Positions 1-12,837 are shown, numbered from the stretch's first letter. The stretch is DNA of 64,000 bases from Squalus acanthias (GCA_030390025.1 CM059428.1:168454001-168518000), one strand, 5' to 3'. Numbers and translations: made by a program. The notes: generated by a model not told the origin, from the letters alone.

Positions 1-663
1 TCAGCAATGGAACACAGACACACTGGCGCTGGCCAGTTCTTAAAGGGGAGGGTCGATCTTGCTCTCCATCCACACCCTGCTCATTGCAGCCTTGAATTTC
101 GGTCTGGAGAGACCTGTACATCAATTCTGCTGGAAAGAACAATGGAGAGGCTCAGGGAAAGAGCTGAGTGTGCAGACCCCATAGTCTCTTCTAAATCGAT
201 GCAAGGAAGGTCAAATCAAAATGAACCTGCAAAGTGCTGCTCAGTACCCAAAACTCCTTCACACAGCATTGACTCTCTCCAGAAGTCTCGCTCTCTCTCT
301 CTCTCTCACTCAATGCGTGGTGCAAAAATGTCACCAACAGCAAAAGTCAGGAAGCGGCCCCGAGTCCCTTCCCGACTGCAAAACGTTTCCCTCAACCTGT
401 CGTTGCTAGCGGCAGGCGGTAAGGCAGGGGGCGCCACTCAATATCCGGTCCGGAGCGCAACCGGGGCATTGCACGCTCGACTGACGTCACGATCTGCGAG
501 CGCAGGAGATCGTGGCGGTAGTGTTTAGCGCCTGCCGCAAAATGTCTGGTCAATTTCGCGAGCGGCGCAAACATCGCCACGCCCGGGCGCTAGTGGCTTT
601 GTGCCCCATTAATGCCCTCTTTGGGCGCTAACGGGAGGCGCAAAGCAACTGAATTTTTCCCCC
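1..663. mobile_element. Harbinger-like MITE, family 1 (left end outside window)
   Basis: Ends CTGAATTTTTCCCCC|ATA. Reverse-complement match to 55792-56480, including the CT/GA microsatellite. Confidence 0.7.
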
Positions 664-1300
664 ATAGAGTCATAACGGCACAGAAGGAGGCCATTCGGCC
701 CATCGAGTCCGTGCCAGCTCTCTGCAGAGCAATCGAGTCAGTCCCATTCCCCCGCTCTATCCCCTAGCCCTGCAAGTTTATTTCCCTCAAGTACCTATCC
801 AGTCTCCCCTTGAAAATTAGATCATAGCTGATCTGTGCCTCAATTTCAATTACCCACCTATGTTCCATATCCTTGATACCCTTACCTAACAAAAATCTAT
901 CCATCTCAGTCTTGAAAATTTCAATTGATCCAGAATCAACAGCCTTTTTTTGGGAGAGCGGGTTCCACATTTCCCCTACCTTTTGTGTGGAAAAAGTGCT
1001 TCCTGATTTCACTTCTAAATAGCCTAGCTTTAATTTTAAAATTGTGCCCCCTTGCTCTGGAATCCACCAGAGGAAATAGTTTCTCTGTCTGTATCTAATA
1101 TCTTTATCAATTTACTGCGATTATATCACCCCTCACCTTCTAAACTCAAGGGAATACAAGCCAAGTTGTCTTCATAATTTCATTCTTTAAGCTCTGGTAT
1201 CATTCTGGTGAATCTGCACTGTACCCCTTCCAAGGCCAATATATCTTTGCTGAGGCTCGGTACCCAAAACTGAACACAGTACTCCAGATGAGATCTGACC
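664..1300 (-). mobile_element. CR1 LINE 3' fragments (two adjacent)
   Basis: CR1 3' tail (revcomp ..GTGCCGTTATGACTCTAT) and degenerate ORF2 C-terminus (FSTQKVGEMWN..FKTEMDRFL). Confidence 0.75.
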
Positions 1301-2512
1301 TTTACAGAAATGTAATCCTCGAGTTACATCTCACCTCTGGAATAGACTACTTGGTATCCATGTCTAAATTAGATATTGCAAAATAAAAGAACACTCTGCA
1401 CATAGTGGCACTACTATCAATAAGGGTGCTGAACAATATTCACTTCAGTACTAATAGCAAACTGAACTACACTACTGCTGAATCTAATGCAAGCAAGGGA
1501 AGTGAAATGATTCGACATTTAAGCCTGAATGATGGCTAAGACCAAGCAAGCTTAAGTGGTTAATTTGGTGCCAATATGCAGATGTATTCAAACAACAAAT
1601 TAAAAATTTATGATCTGCACCAGATGTAAAATATACATTTACAATGACTTGTTAATTTGCCGTTTAATACATTGTACAATGCAACAAAATCTGGGTTTGT
1701 TTATTTTGTGACATCTTTAATGTCTTAACATATTAGGACTATTTTTGAAATCACTGCAGCAAGATATAACTTTCCAGTTTATCATTATCTGTGCTCACTA
1801 ATGTAACAGATAATAACTTGTCCTCCGACATAACACTTGGAATGCATTTAATGCTACATAAGATTTATAATTTCATCAATAGCCCCTCCACTCAAAATGC
1901 CACAAAAGGTTTATTTACGTGTAGTTGTTTGGCAATCTCATTTTTACTTCTTGTCTAGAAAACCTTATGCCTCGATATTAAGCCCCCCCACGACGGGTGG
2001 GAGAGGGTCAGCAGGGTTAAAAAAGAAAAAACGGGGAATGCAATCCCGGGAGTGCTCTCCCGGTCTTCCCCTGCCGATCACAGCCTCTCTCAACTCCCCG
2101 CCATGATCGCAGACCTCTCCCCCGCCCCCCAAGCGCCAATGTCCTCTCTATGCCGCTATTGCGGCCGACCTCAAGCACCGCTCTCTAGCCTTCACCCCTC
2201 CTGCGATGGTCTCTCTCTCCCCACCACCCCCAAGCCCTGATTTCCGGCCTTCCCCCCCACCCCGCCTCCCATGACAAGCTGTAAAAACCTGAGCTTGCCT
2301 GGCCCAGATCAACCCATGAGGAATAATTAGCCGCTAACATGTAGGCTACAACTCTGCACAGTCATACATTGGTATGATTCAACAGCCCACCGCCTTTTTA
2401 AGTCCAGAATGTGATCCATCCCACCTCTTACTATCCGGTTGCAAAGAAGCTCAGGTGAAACCAACAACATTTACAGAAAAATGGTTAAAACAGCTCTCGT
2501 CTCAAGAAATAC

Positions 2513-2785
2513 CTTTAACTAATAATTTTGCTGAAGAAATAAGCGTTCCAGCCTTAAATGTCACTGTTCCCGAGTCATCAGTTGCCAGGCTCTGTAACGT
2601 CAATGTGTGGATATTTCCATCTCGAACGGATATTTCGTTCAGATCATTGTTCTGAAGGGGTGAACCATCCAACCACCACTGCACATTCTCCACGTCCTTG
2701 TGTGAGAGCTCACAATCAAATGTGGCTGACTCACCAGCAAAGACATCAGTGTTCTTCAAACCAGAAACTATTTTTATTTCACATT
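2513..2785 (-). CDS. OBSCN: Obscurin Ig exon (type 3, 273 nt)
   Basis: ttccag|AA acceptor, AAAG|GTATT donor; ECEIKIVSGLKN..VQWWLDGSPLQNNDLNEI..SSAKLLVK. Confidence 0.9.
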
Positions 2786-3768
2786 CTGGAAAATGAAACA
2801 TCATTTATCAGTAATTTTATTTTCAACTGCATGTAATAAAAGAGTTAAAATATGTATATACTCAAGGCTCTTTTTAATCAATAAATACAAAACTTATTTA
2901 ACTATCCAGTTTGTGAAGCAATCAGATGTTTGGTAAGCAACATCCCATACAAAAGTATATTACAGGATAAAACAGTCAAAATCGTGAAAAGTAGATTCAC
3001 AAGATCATAAAGGGGAGAAATTTTACATTTTACTTATAGGATTCAATAAGATCCATGGATCAATATAAATTCCTATAAGGCCCTGGTAAGATTTCCAGAA
3101 GACAAAGAACTTCGAAAATTAGATTTGATAAAGCCATTGAAAGTTATGGCTGTGAAATCTTCTGAATATACTGGGTGTTTAATCCTCCTATGTGTCTAGT
3201 ATACAAAATCAACTGTTCCTTCATTAATTATCAAAGCTGCTTTGTTAAATATATACAGTGGAATTTGCTTTTAACAAACACCGCTAATACATTATAATAT
3301 AATCAGTTGAATATATGGATCAAATCCCATTAGTCATTCCATTTAGCACATCTTTCTTCCAAGATTCGGTATACGAATCAATAAAGAATATTTGTACTAC
3401 TCAGTTTGTGCTGGGAATAAAGAAGAATGCCTACAAGTTAAATACGAATGTATTGGTATTGCTTACTCTCATTCCTACACACTGGCACCTTTAAACAGCT
3501 GAGCAGCACTGAGACAGACAATCCTGCTACATTTGAAACAAACTTTTAGGCATTCTTTTAATATTCCTTCAGTGGCCTTTAATTAAATAAAGATGATCTT
3601 TTCCATGGGAAAGTTTCTTGCCTGTTGTAGCAGCAGTTTGAGTAAGGCATCAAGGATTTAAGCAGCTGATCAGTAAACAGCTGTTGCGCTGCTCAAATTC
3701 ATCATCTAAAAAGTTTTCCCATGGAAAAGACATTTGCAGTAAATTTTTAAAAGTAGTTGAATTATCAC

Positions 3769-4036
3769 CTCTAACAGTTAAGGAAGCTGTTGTCTGTAGG
3801 TTCCCAGAATAACAAGTATATTTGCCGGCATCTCCTGGTTTCACATTGTGGATTAACAACTCAACAATGGCACCATTTTGTTTCATTTCGTACTTGTCGC
3901 TTGGTTGAAGCACTGCAAGTCTCTTTCTCCATTCCACAGGAGTATCAGGGCTTAGAAAGTTCACAGCGCAGTGTGACTGTCTGACCTTCTTCAACTTCCT
4001 CGTTCTGAAGCTCTTGTTTGAAATAGGCAGGTAAAG
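3769..4036 (-). pseudogene. OBSCN: Obscurin Ig exon (type 1) with +1 frameshift (268 nt)
   Basis: tcag|CT acceptor, AGAG|GTGAT donor. LPAYFKQELQNEEVEEGQTVTLRCELSKP, then an extra C (3948-3950 GGG on +) gives TGA; the domain continues in another frame (DTPVEWRK..TTASLTVR). Confidence 0.75.
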
Positions 4037-4199
4037 CTGAGGTTTACATAAATATAAAAAATATAAGTTTAAAAAAAATGAATTTAATAACCATTATGAC
4101 TTATAAGTACACTTGTTATTGTTAAATCAGACCTGGACAGCTTCATTTCTTTTTGCACTCATCCACAGCACCAGATCAGTTTCCACATGCACAACAATA

Positions 4200-5282
4200 A
4201 CACCAAACCCAACCCTACCTTTCTACTTCTACCAAAGCTGTTGCTATATTTTCTGAATGCCTGTCTTACATAAGTCAAAATTCTTTCAGGTCAACATTGG
4301 CAAGAAGCTACACTTCTTGGCTCCTGCCAGGACATAGCTGCCTCTGCCCACATTCTAAATACTCAAACTTTTTTAGGCCAAATCAAGTGGTGTGCAACTT
4401 CGGGACTATTCAATTCTAAGCTGAGCCTTTTGTTCCACATGTGGTCTGTTGCCAAGATCACACCTTCTACCTCTGAAACTGCACATTTACGTTCTTATCT
4501 CTTCCCCACAGCTGCTGAAACTCTGGAGTCCATTTTAACTCACCCGCCCAGCAGGAAGGGGGCAAGGAGGCCCTTAAAATGGAGTGTTATGTCTTACTGT
4601 CCCGATCATGCTGGAATCTCACTGGTCACCATTTTAACTGCTCACTGCAGTTAGGTGACTGAGGCATCCACTGGAAGCAGGTGGGAGCCTCATGAATTAA
4701 TGCAAAATCAGAGGCCTATTATCTCAATGGGACCCTGCTATCTTTTGAGAGGCCAGGAGGAGCAGGAGAACTCCAGGCCCCAAAAGGAAAGTCGTGGCCT
4801 CTCCTGCCCCGGACTGTGTCCCTCCCACAAGACCCTCCCGAAACCATCTCCTTCCGACTTACCCGCTTGCTAGTGAGCCAAGTGCCATTGGTTCTCTGTA
4901 CCCCAGCAAATTGACTTCAAGATCCTTGACCTCATCTTCAAATCTCTTCAACCTATTTGAAATACCTTTCTACCATAGGTCCCTGCCTGCACCCTCTGAA
5001 ACCTAAATTACTGCTCGTTGCCCAAATCCCTTGTTTCACCATTGGGAAGATGATATTTCAGTCACTATGTTCCTGCCCTCTGTAAATTGCCAAACCACTT
5101 TACCTTGTTATCTCCCTCTCTGCCTTCACCAACTGCCTAAAAACCTTCTCTGATCATGCTTTGATCTCTCCCCTCCCTAAATTTTCCTACTTTTCTTGCT
5201 CAGTTTCCAGCTTTCTGCCTTTTAAGCACTTGGCAACATTTTTCTTTATGTGAGAAGTACTATCTAAAAACACGTCGTTGTT
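4200..5282 (+). mobile_element. Degenerate L2-like LINE fragments with an intervening GC-rich element (~4525-4870)
   Basis: Resembles the better-preserved L2 at 46380-50620; ends in a degenerate ..AAGCACTTGG..GTTGTT tail. Confidence 0.4.
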
Positions 5283-5641
5283 CACTTGACTAGAGGTATA
5301 GGGCTGGATTTTCCTCTTTGAGGCGTTAGTAATAATTTCTTCAAAGTTTTATATAAATCTCAGTCATGGTATCTTAAAGTTTAAAGTGTGACACCAGGCA
5401 CCGACAAACTACAACTGGTATCAGCTAACCGGGTATATGAAAGAGGTCTACCTCTACAAATAATTAAAAAACAGCGGATCAAGCCCAAAAAAAAGGGAAC
5501 TGACAACTGCATGAAGATAGGAACAAACAAGGGAAGATAAAGACGTTAATCAACAGAAGGTAGATAACAAAGATGGAAGGATTTTGTTATTCTTGGATGA
5601 CCATTAAGATTCTCAATTAAATAAATTTGTCCCCTTCCTAC

Positions 5642-5899
5642 CCTCCACTTTTAGGGAAGCAGTGGTCCGCTGATCTCCAGAATCACAGGTATATTCTCCA
5701 GCATCTTCTAGTGTTAAGTCAGAAATTACCAACTCAGCCACTGGACCCTTTTGCCTCACTTCATATTTGCCGCTAGGTTTGATTGTTTCTGAGCCTTTCT
5801 TCCATGTTACAGGCACTTCATATTCAGAAAGTTCACAATGAAGAATAGCTGTACCTTCTTCCTGTGCTTGTATGTCCTGGAGATTTTGTTTGAAAAGAA
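5642..5899 (-). CDS. OBSCN: Obscurin Ig exon (type 2-like, 258 nt using a shifted acceptor)
   Basis: tttctag|TT acceptor, GAGG|GTAGG donor; VLFKQNLQDIQAQEEGTAILHCELSEYEVPVTWKKG..TTASLKVE. Confidence 0.8.
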
Positions 5900-6799
5900 C
5901 TAGAAATGCAAATAATAAGGGCTACAATGAGTTACACATATACGAACATATGAAAACAAGGCAGGAAAAGACCTACTGGTCCATCTAGCCCGTCCCATAC
6001 AGTTGTGATCCCTTATGTATCACAATACATACACTCCACCTGAAGCCATGTAATTTCTTGGGAGAGGTGAAAAACCAGATAAAAACCCAGGTCAATGAGA
6101 GGAAACAAAATCTGGAAAATTCCTCTCTGACCCCACTTAGGCAACCAAAATTAGTCCAGACCACCTGATACAAGGTAGCTAGCTCTATATGGCAAATTAG
6201 ACATATTCAAATATCCAACAGAGCTGGATGACAGTCAGTTATGTGCAATTGCAACTGTGTTTCAAGAGTACCCTTGGTGAATACAGTCTCCATGCCTTTT
6301 AATGGGCAATTATTTCCTTTTTCAAATCTTCCAAGACATAGTTCCTTCATGATTCCCATAATTTCAGTTAACAGCTACCACCTCTTGCTTTTGATGGCTC
6401 CATCTTTAGCATTGCTTTATCTATTGATATGAACATCACTATCTCTCATCTCAAATGGAACTCCCATATTTTTCCATTGCTTAAGTTGCCTCATGAAATT
6501 TGGTTTCTTCTTTTGTGCCAAACATTTAATTTCCCTTCCACACCTTAGTTCTCTGTAAAGCACAATACTGTCATAGACTTAAGGCAGAAACTATGTCAGC
6601 ATTCAGAATTAGGTTGGATAGGTGGATGAAAAAAATGGGGTTGAAGGGGCATGAGAACAGGATAGGAAGATGTGACTAGAACTAATATCTCATGTGGAGG
6701 TCAAACACGGACATGGACTGATTGGGCCAAAGGGTCTGTTTCTGTGTTGTACCTTCTGTGCATTTCTATGGATAGTTTTTTTTAAATGAACTCCTGCTT

Positions 6800-7150
6800 A
6801 TTTTTTTATTCGTTTATGGGATGTGGGCTCCGCTGGCAAGGCCAGCATTTATTGCCCATCCCTAATTGCCCTTGAGAAGGTGGTGGTGAGCTGCCTTCTT
6901 GAACCGCTGCAGTCCATGTGGTGAAGGTACTCCCACAGTGCTGTTAGGGAGGGAGTTCCAGGATTTTGACCCAGCGACGATGAAGGATTGGCGATATACT
7001 TCTAAGTCAGGATGGTGTGTGACTTGGAGGGGAACTTGGAGGTGGAAGTGTTCCCATGTGCCTGCTGCCCTTGTCCTTCTAGGTGGAATAGGTCGCGGGT
7101 TTGGGAGGTGCTGTAGATGGTACACACTGCAGCCATGGTACGCCGGTGGT
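6800..7150 (-). mobile_element. Non-LTR retrotransposon 3' end (clade uncertain); same family as 32865-33335 and a fragment at ~45010-45095
   Basis: Near-identical to 32865-33260 with an internal deletion. The poly-T on + is an A-tail on minus; encodes SFIVAGSKSWNSLP..GLQRFKKAAHHHL. Confidence 0.7.
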
Positions 7151-7713
7151 GGCCCCACAAAGGAAAGTTCTAGACTTACTGGGATTCTTCTGTCTTCAGA
7201 CGAGCTGCAGACGGGCTGCTTCCTAGCGGAAAAGCTGCATCAGGTTGATCTGCTCATTTTTTAATTATCAACCACTTATCTGCCGAGTGGGTAGGGTTAA
7301 AAATCGACCCCTAGGTTCTTTCACACGACCACATACCAGTGACCTTTGCTGGAAAGAGCCTGTGCGTGGATGTCGAGGAAGAGCCTTCTCCCTGATGGTC
7401 AAACAGCATGCCTACTCTAGGCTCATATGCAAATAACTGGCCATTTAACTAAGGGTTGCTGTTGCTGTTTGAACAATATCGCAGTTGGATTTAACACTTT
7501 TAGGAGATGTAAATGCAGGGGTAGGTTATTGATTTCTTTGATCACTAATATTTCACACAAAGGTTGCACGTTTAAGAAGAACTGTCTTTGTGAAAAACTG
7601 TTGGAAAACCAGATTAAACCACTTTAATTGTGTTATACATGTACTGAAATATTTATTAGGAACACTCCAGGGAATGACAACTCTTCTGAGGTACAAAAAT
7701 GCCAGGAAGATAC

Positions 7714-7992
7714 CTTTAGGTTTTTCTTGTACTACCAACTTAGCTGTTGAACTTTCAGAGCCGATTTTGAAGACAACTGTTCCTGAATCTTCTGGCGTGA
7801 GATTTTTAAGTGTCAAGGTGTGTATCTTATCAGTAGCTTTAACTTCATTGAGTTCATTACTTTGAAGTAGTGTTCCATCCAACCACCACTGAGCATTTTT
7901 AGCATCCTCATGAGAAACCTCACATACAAATCTCGCACTATTTTCTGCAAGTATACTAGTATCTTCAAGCCCACGAATAATTTTTGCGTGTT
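7714..7992 (-). CDS. OBSCN: Obscurin Ig exon (type 3, 279 nt)
   Basis: tttacag|AA acceptor, AAAG|GTATC donor; EHAKIIRGLED..AQWWLDGTLLQSNELNEV..AKLVVQEKPK. Confidence 0.9.
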
Positions 7993-8169
7993 CTGTAAAA
8001 CAATGTTGAGATGAGAGTACCTTTGAGTTAAGACAAACATATATATTATAGAACACAGAAGTCTCCTTCTTCAGTTCCTCCAAGTACTAGTGGAGAAACA
8101 GGACAACTGTTGGTATATTCTAAAATCTCCTGCATTTTTTGAAAAACTTTTAGTTATTGATATTAATTA

Positions 8170-8490
8170 GTAATTAGGAAGGCAAATGGAATGTTGGCCT
8201 TTATTTCAAGGGGGATAGAGTATAAAAGTAGGGAAGTCTTGCTACAACTGTATAGGACGCTGGTGAGACCTCACCTAGAGTACTGCGTACAGTTTTGGGC
8301 CCCCTTATTTAAGAGGGATATTTTTGCATTGGAGGCAGTTCAGAGAAGGTTCACTAGGTTGATTCCTGGGATGGAAGGGTTGTCTTATGAGGAAAGGTTG
8401 AGCCTATACTCTCTGGAGTTTAGAATAATCAGAGGTGATCTTATTGAAACATATAAGATTATGCACCTGCTCCTATTTCTTATGTTCTAC
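8170..8490 (+). mobile_element. CR1 LINE ORF2 fragment
   Basis: [35 protein letters not shown]. Confidence 0.85.
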
Positions 8491-8502
8491 GTTCTTAATT
8501 TT

Positions 8503-8670
8503 TGGATGGGACTGCACTATTCAAAGAAGATCAGGGGAAGTTCTCTCAATGTCCTGGCTAGCATTTATCCCTCAACCGACATCACTAAAATCGATTATCT
8601 GGACATTTATCTCATTGTTTGTGGAACTTTGCTGTTCACAAACTGGCTGGCATGTTTCCCTATATTACAA
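8503..8670 (+). mobile_element. DeuSINE-like (SacSINE1-like) SINE fragment
   Basis: GTCCTGGCTAGCATTTATCCCTCAACC..GATTATCTGG..TTTGTGGAACTTTGCTG resembles the Deu domain as I recall it. An inverted L2-type tail follows at ~8680-8950. Confidence 0.55.
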
Positions 8671-9188
8671 ATATCTAAAACAACAACTTGCATTTATATA
8701 GCACCTTTAATGCAGAAAAACATCCCAAGGTGCTGCAGAAAGGTGTAATCAGACAAAAAATGGTCACCAAGCCAAAGAAGGAGATATTAGTAAGGGTGGA
8801 CAAAAGCTTATCTATGTGATGGGTTTAAGGAGGGTCATAAAGGAGGAGAGTGAGGTTGGTAGGTCAAAGGCTTAGGGATGGAATTCCCGAGCGTGGGCAT
8901 AGGCAGCTGAAGGAATGGGCCGTGAGGCAAGCGGCGGGATGCACAAGAGGCTAGCTAGAAACAGAAGCTCAAAGTGGGGATTTAACCCATACACTCCGAT
9001 CAAAAGTTATCAAGTGAGCCAATCAATATTTTCCTATAAATAGCGTAGAAACCTGTACCTACCTGCTAAAGGGAGAACTAAAATGGAAGAACTGAAAGAA
9101 TAACATTTTAAAAATCTAAATATATGTGGAATTATGCCAGCCAAATCCGTTAATGACATAGGCAGCATAACTGTTAAATAACGTTTAC

Positions 9189-9455
9189 CTTTGACAGTCA
9201 GGTTAGCTGTCGTCTGGTCATCACCAGAATCACAAGTGTATTCTCCAGCATCCTCTGGCTTCAGATTATGGACCAACAATTCAACAACAGAGCCTTTTTG
9301 TATCAGTTCACACTTGTCACTATGACTAAGTTTTTGGGATCCTCTTCTCCATGTGACTGGTGCACCAGCCTTAGTGAGTTCACAGTGCAGCGTTAGTACG
9401 CTACCTTCATCACCCTCCTGGCTTTGCAGTTTCTTTATAAAATACACGGGTGCAG
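9189..9455 (-). CDS. OBSCN: Obscurin Ig exon (type 1, 267 nt)
   Basis: tgtag|CT, AAAG|GTAAA; APVYFIKKLQSQEG..CELTKAGAPVTWRRG..TANLTVK. Confidence 0.9.
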
Positions 9456-9732
9456 CTACAGTTGAAAAAGAGTAACAGAACTTTAGAAAAAAGCAAAACT
9501 AATCAAGCAAAAAAAATATACTAATTCAAACGATGGTCCAACTGCAAACAATGGGAGATATTTATTAAAAGTAGCATGTAAACCATCAATATTTTTATAA
9601 ATTTAAATCAGAGACACAATCCACACCATTAGATTTTACAATATAATCTACATATAGCAGGGATCTTTATCTCTTTCACAAGGATGAGAAGTCGCACAAC
9701 ACCAGGTTATAGTCCAACAGTTTTATTTAAAA

Positions 9733-9770
9733 TTACGAGCTTTCGGAGCTGTTGCCCCTTCGTCAGGTAA
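9733..9770 (-). ncRNA. Minimal type I hammerhead ribozyme motif in a Penelope-like terminal fragment (~9684-9770)
   Basis: Minus strand reads TTAC-CTGACGA-A-GGGGC-AACA-GCTCC-GAA-AGCT-C-GTAA: core boxes, stem II, palindromic stem III, stem I (TTAC/GTAA). Confidence 0.6.
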
Positions 9771-9957
9771 AGGTACATCTTTCACAAGGGTTAGGCTTAA
9801 ACCTGAATTCCGAAGTAATTTCTTACTCATGCTACTCTACATTAACTTGCATCGACCAATGATGCCAGTTTAAGATATTTGAAAGGAGACACTGCACTTA
9901 ATTTACAATATCCTTTAAGATAGCAAACCAATTATTCTTCCAAAGATAATTGGTTAC

Positions 9958-10224
9958 CTTTCACCTGCAGTATGGCAGTGCTCTGTCTGATTCCTGCATC
10001 ACATGTGTATTCTTCAGAGTCTTCTAGCTTCAGGTTATGAATCAGTAACATGTGTACATATTCTTCTTGTTTGATTTCGTATTTCCCACTTGGAGAAATT
10101 GCCAGTGAGCCCATCTTCCATGTGACTGGAACATTGGGCTGTGACAGTTCACAAAGTAGGGTCGCTGTGCTATTTTCCACTGCTTCTATGTTTTGAAGCT
10201 CTTGTGTGAAAGTAGGTGGGGCAC
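9958..10224 (-). CDS. OBSCN: Obscurin Ig exon (type 2, 267 nt)
   Basis: tttag|GT, AAAG|GTAAC; APPTFTQELQNIEAVENSTATLLCELSQPNVPVTWK..STAILQVK. Confidence 0.9.
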
Positions 10225-11207
10225 CTAAAGTGATTGAATAAAATAGTCATGATTGGACAATTCTTCCGTCTTTTGTATAGTGCAGTCGTGGGCAGCTTCA
10301 ACTCACTTGGAAAATGGTTATAGGCAACCATGTCAGAGAGATTCCAATAGATCCTAAATACACACTAATCTGTGCTCTAGAGTTGAGGAGGTAGCCTGAT
10401 GCCCAGCACTACTGCTATGCATGGGTTAGCATGTGCAGTCAGTAGGTACACATATCAGTAGCATTTCTGTGCTGTTACCTAACCCTGCACACATGAAGCA
10501 GGCACTGGCTCAAACACTGATCTCACAACCGTCCACTACTGCTCCTTCAACTCAGACAGTACTCAGCACTCGATCACACGCTCAACAAAAAATGCCAAAA
10601 ACAGCTGCAAAACACACAAAAAACTTGAACAGTACACAATATAATAAAATTAATTCACTGTTACTATTCTTTCTAGTTCGTTATTCTTTCGTTATACAGA
10701 AAATAAAGCAATCAAAAGACAAACAAAACAAAACAAAAAACAAACTGGGTTAGCAAACGGCACATCTACACTTACAAAAATGTCAAAAGCAAAGGCCCTG
10801 AATTTCCTCAAACTTTCTGCTGCTGTGTCACCGTAACTTTGCCGGAAGTGCAGCAGAAACATCGTTTATATACCTATTTCTTCATACAGAGGTTGATCAA
10901 GAGTTGGAACAGGTTGGCAAAAGGATGGTCAAAGCCAGGACACTGGTTTCATTCAAGAAACAGCTAAAAGCTGTAATGGGATGTTGATATGATTTATATT
11001 CCAGAAGGATGAAAGGCCTGAAAAGCTTTCTTTGTCCAAACCTATCTTGTGATTGTTTCAGTCTGCCTAATTGAAATAATATTTATCTGTTGGATATTTG
11101 AGTATAATACTACTCCAACACTGTTCCAGTGCAGAAGAAGCAAAACACAAGACTCCCATCGCAACAAGCTCTGGCAGATGTTGCCCATCATTCTTTTATC
11201 TTTTTAC

Positions 11208-11480
11208 CTTTCACGAGAAGTTTTGCAGAGGAAGTGTGTTTTCCAACTTTAATGGTTACAGTGCCACAGTCTTCCTGAGTGACATTCTTTAATTTCAGAG
11301 TGTGAATCTTTCCACGTTCAACAGATATTTCATTCATTTCATTGTGCTGCAAAGGAATGTCTCCCAACCACCACTGCACATCGGCAAAATTTTCAGGATG
11401 AACTTCGCACTCAAACACGGCGTTTTCATTGGCAAAAACTGTTACATTCTTTAGGCATGCAACAATTTTTACTTCCGATA
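11208..11480 (-). CDS. OBSCN: Obscurin Ig exon (type 3, 273 nt)
   Basis: tatag|TA, AAAG|GTAAA; SEVKIVACLKNVTV..VQWWLGDIPLQHNEMNEI..SSAKLLVK. Confidence 0.9.
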
Positions 11481-11929
11481 CTATATAAAAAACACAAAAT
11501 TATAGGTTCTCATTAGTTATCAACTATCTGTGACACCACCTTAGAAATGATAATGAATCTACTTATGCAGGCTCAGTTAAATGCACCCCAGTTACAGTAA
11601 TTTATTGGTAAATGTGAGAGTATTCATTGCAGACAGTCAGGCCAGACTTTTTACCGTGCAGTCGGGTCAGGTGCGTGCGGGCTGCGTAGCAGATCGGGAA
11701 CACGATGTTCTGCTCAGCACGTTCTTCAGGGTGACTTTAACGTAATGGCCCCACTTAAAACAGTCACGCGCATTTCCCAGCCCAATTAAATGGAGCGGGT
11801 CTGATGACATCATCGATGACTCGCTTCCAGTGCCAATATTTAAAGCAGCCTTGCACTCAACTCATTTGAAGCTTGCAAGGAGTGTGAAAGCTGAAATACA
11901 AAAGGGCTGAGTACTGTTCTAAACCTGCA

Positions 11930-12165
11930 ATGGTGGATAGTCAAAGGCAGAGGGCTGCACCACGATTTTCTGACTCATCCCTGCACACACTGGTGGAGAC
12001 AGTAAGAGCACGCAGGGAGGTCCTGTTCCCTGCTGATAGGCACAGGAGACCTCCAAAAGACACCAAAAGAGCCTGGCTGGATAGAGCAGATGTCAGCAGC
12101 AGAGGTGTGGTCAGGAGGACCTGGAAATAGTGCAGGAAACGATTCAATGATCTCATGAGGTCAGG
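11930..12165 (+). pseudogene. Harbinger Myb/SANT-like DNA-binding protein remnant
   Basis: RAAPRFSDSSLHTLVETVRARREVLFP..KRAW..RRTWK*CRKRFNDL (trihelix/Myb-SANT signature) with an internal stop. Confidence 0.75.
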
Positions 12166-12837
12166 AAAGGGGAGTGCAAGGGTCTCTTCTCAAAGCGCTC
12201 ACACTTCTCCTCCGTTGCCTCTCCCTTAGTCAAAGCCCCACATACTTCCTCAGACCCCGATGGCCGAGTCTGCCCCTGCACAGTTGCAAGAGGAGCAGAC
12301 TTTGGCGGGGCCATCACAGGCTCCAAAACCCAGAGGGCGCCTGCCAAAAGTGACTAATGAGTCGCAGCAGGTAAGTGAGCAGCCTGCCTGCCTCAGCTGA
12401 AGCCACAGGGGTTGCACCTCGTAAAAGCACTCGGAAAAGAAAAAAAAATCACACAGGTATGCACATGGGTGTATGAAAAAATGTTAGTGTTAAGTTTCAG
12501 TTATTTTGATGACACACATAAATGTATTTCTTTGCACCACTTTCTGCTCTTGTCCATTTTTACCTGCTACCTTGGAAGTGGCTTTGTCACTTGGAGTGAA
12601 TGGTGAGACATTACTTAACCTCGCGCACTGGGGGTTTGGGTGAGAGGGATGGCTTGGTCATTGTAGGGATGCTTTATGGTGTTGTTGGTTGGGGGAGGCG
12701 GGGGGAGACTTAGTACAGCATGTGGCAGCCACGAGGCTGGACTGGAGCAAGTTAAGTAAATCTGGCCATGATGAGGCCATCCCGGGCCGCAATGTGCGCC
12801 GCTGCTGGTGCCATCTCCACCTCAGGTTCCTCCTCCT

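Noticed and set aside
7-528. 173-aa ORF and other GC-rich ORFs (17694-18053, 56078-56428, 58170-59166) as genes
   Set aside because: They lie within MITEs, run through microsatellites and show no domain motifs.
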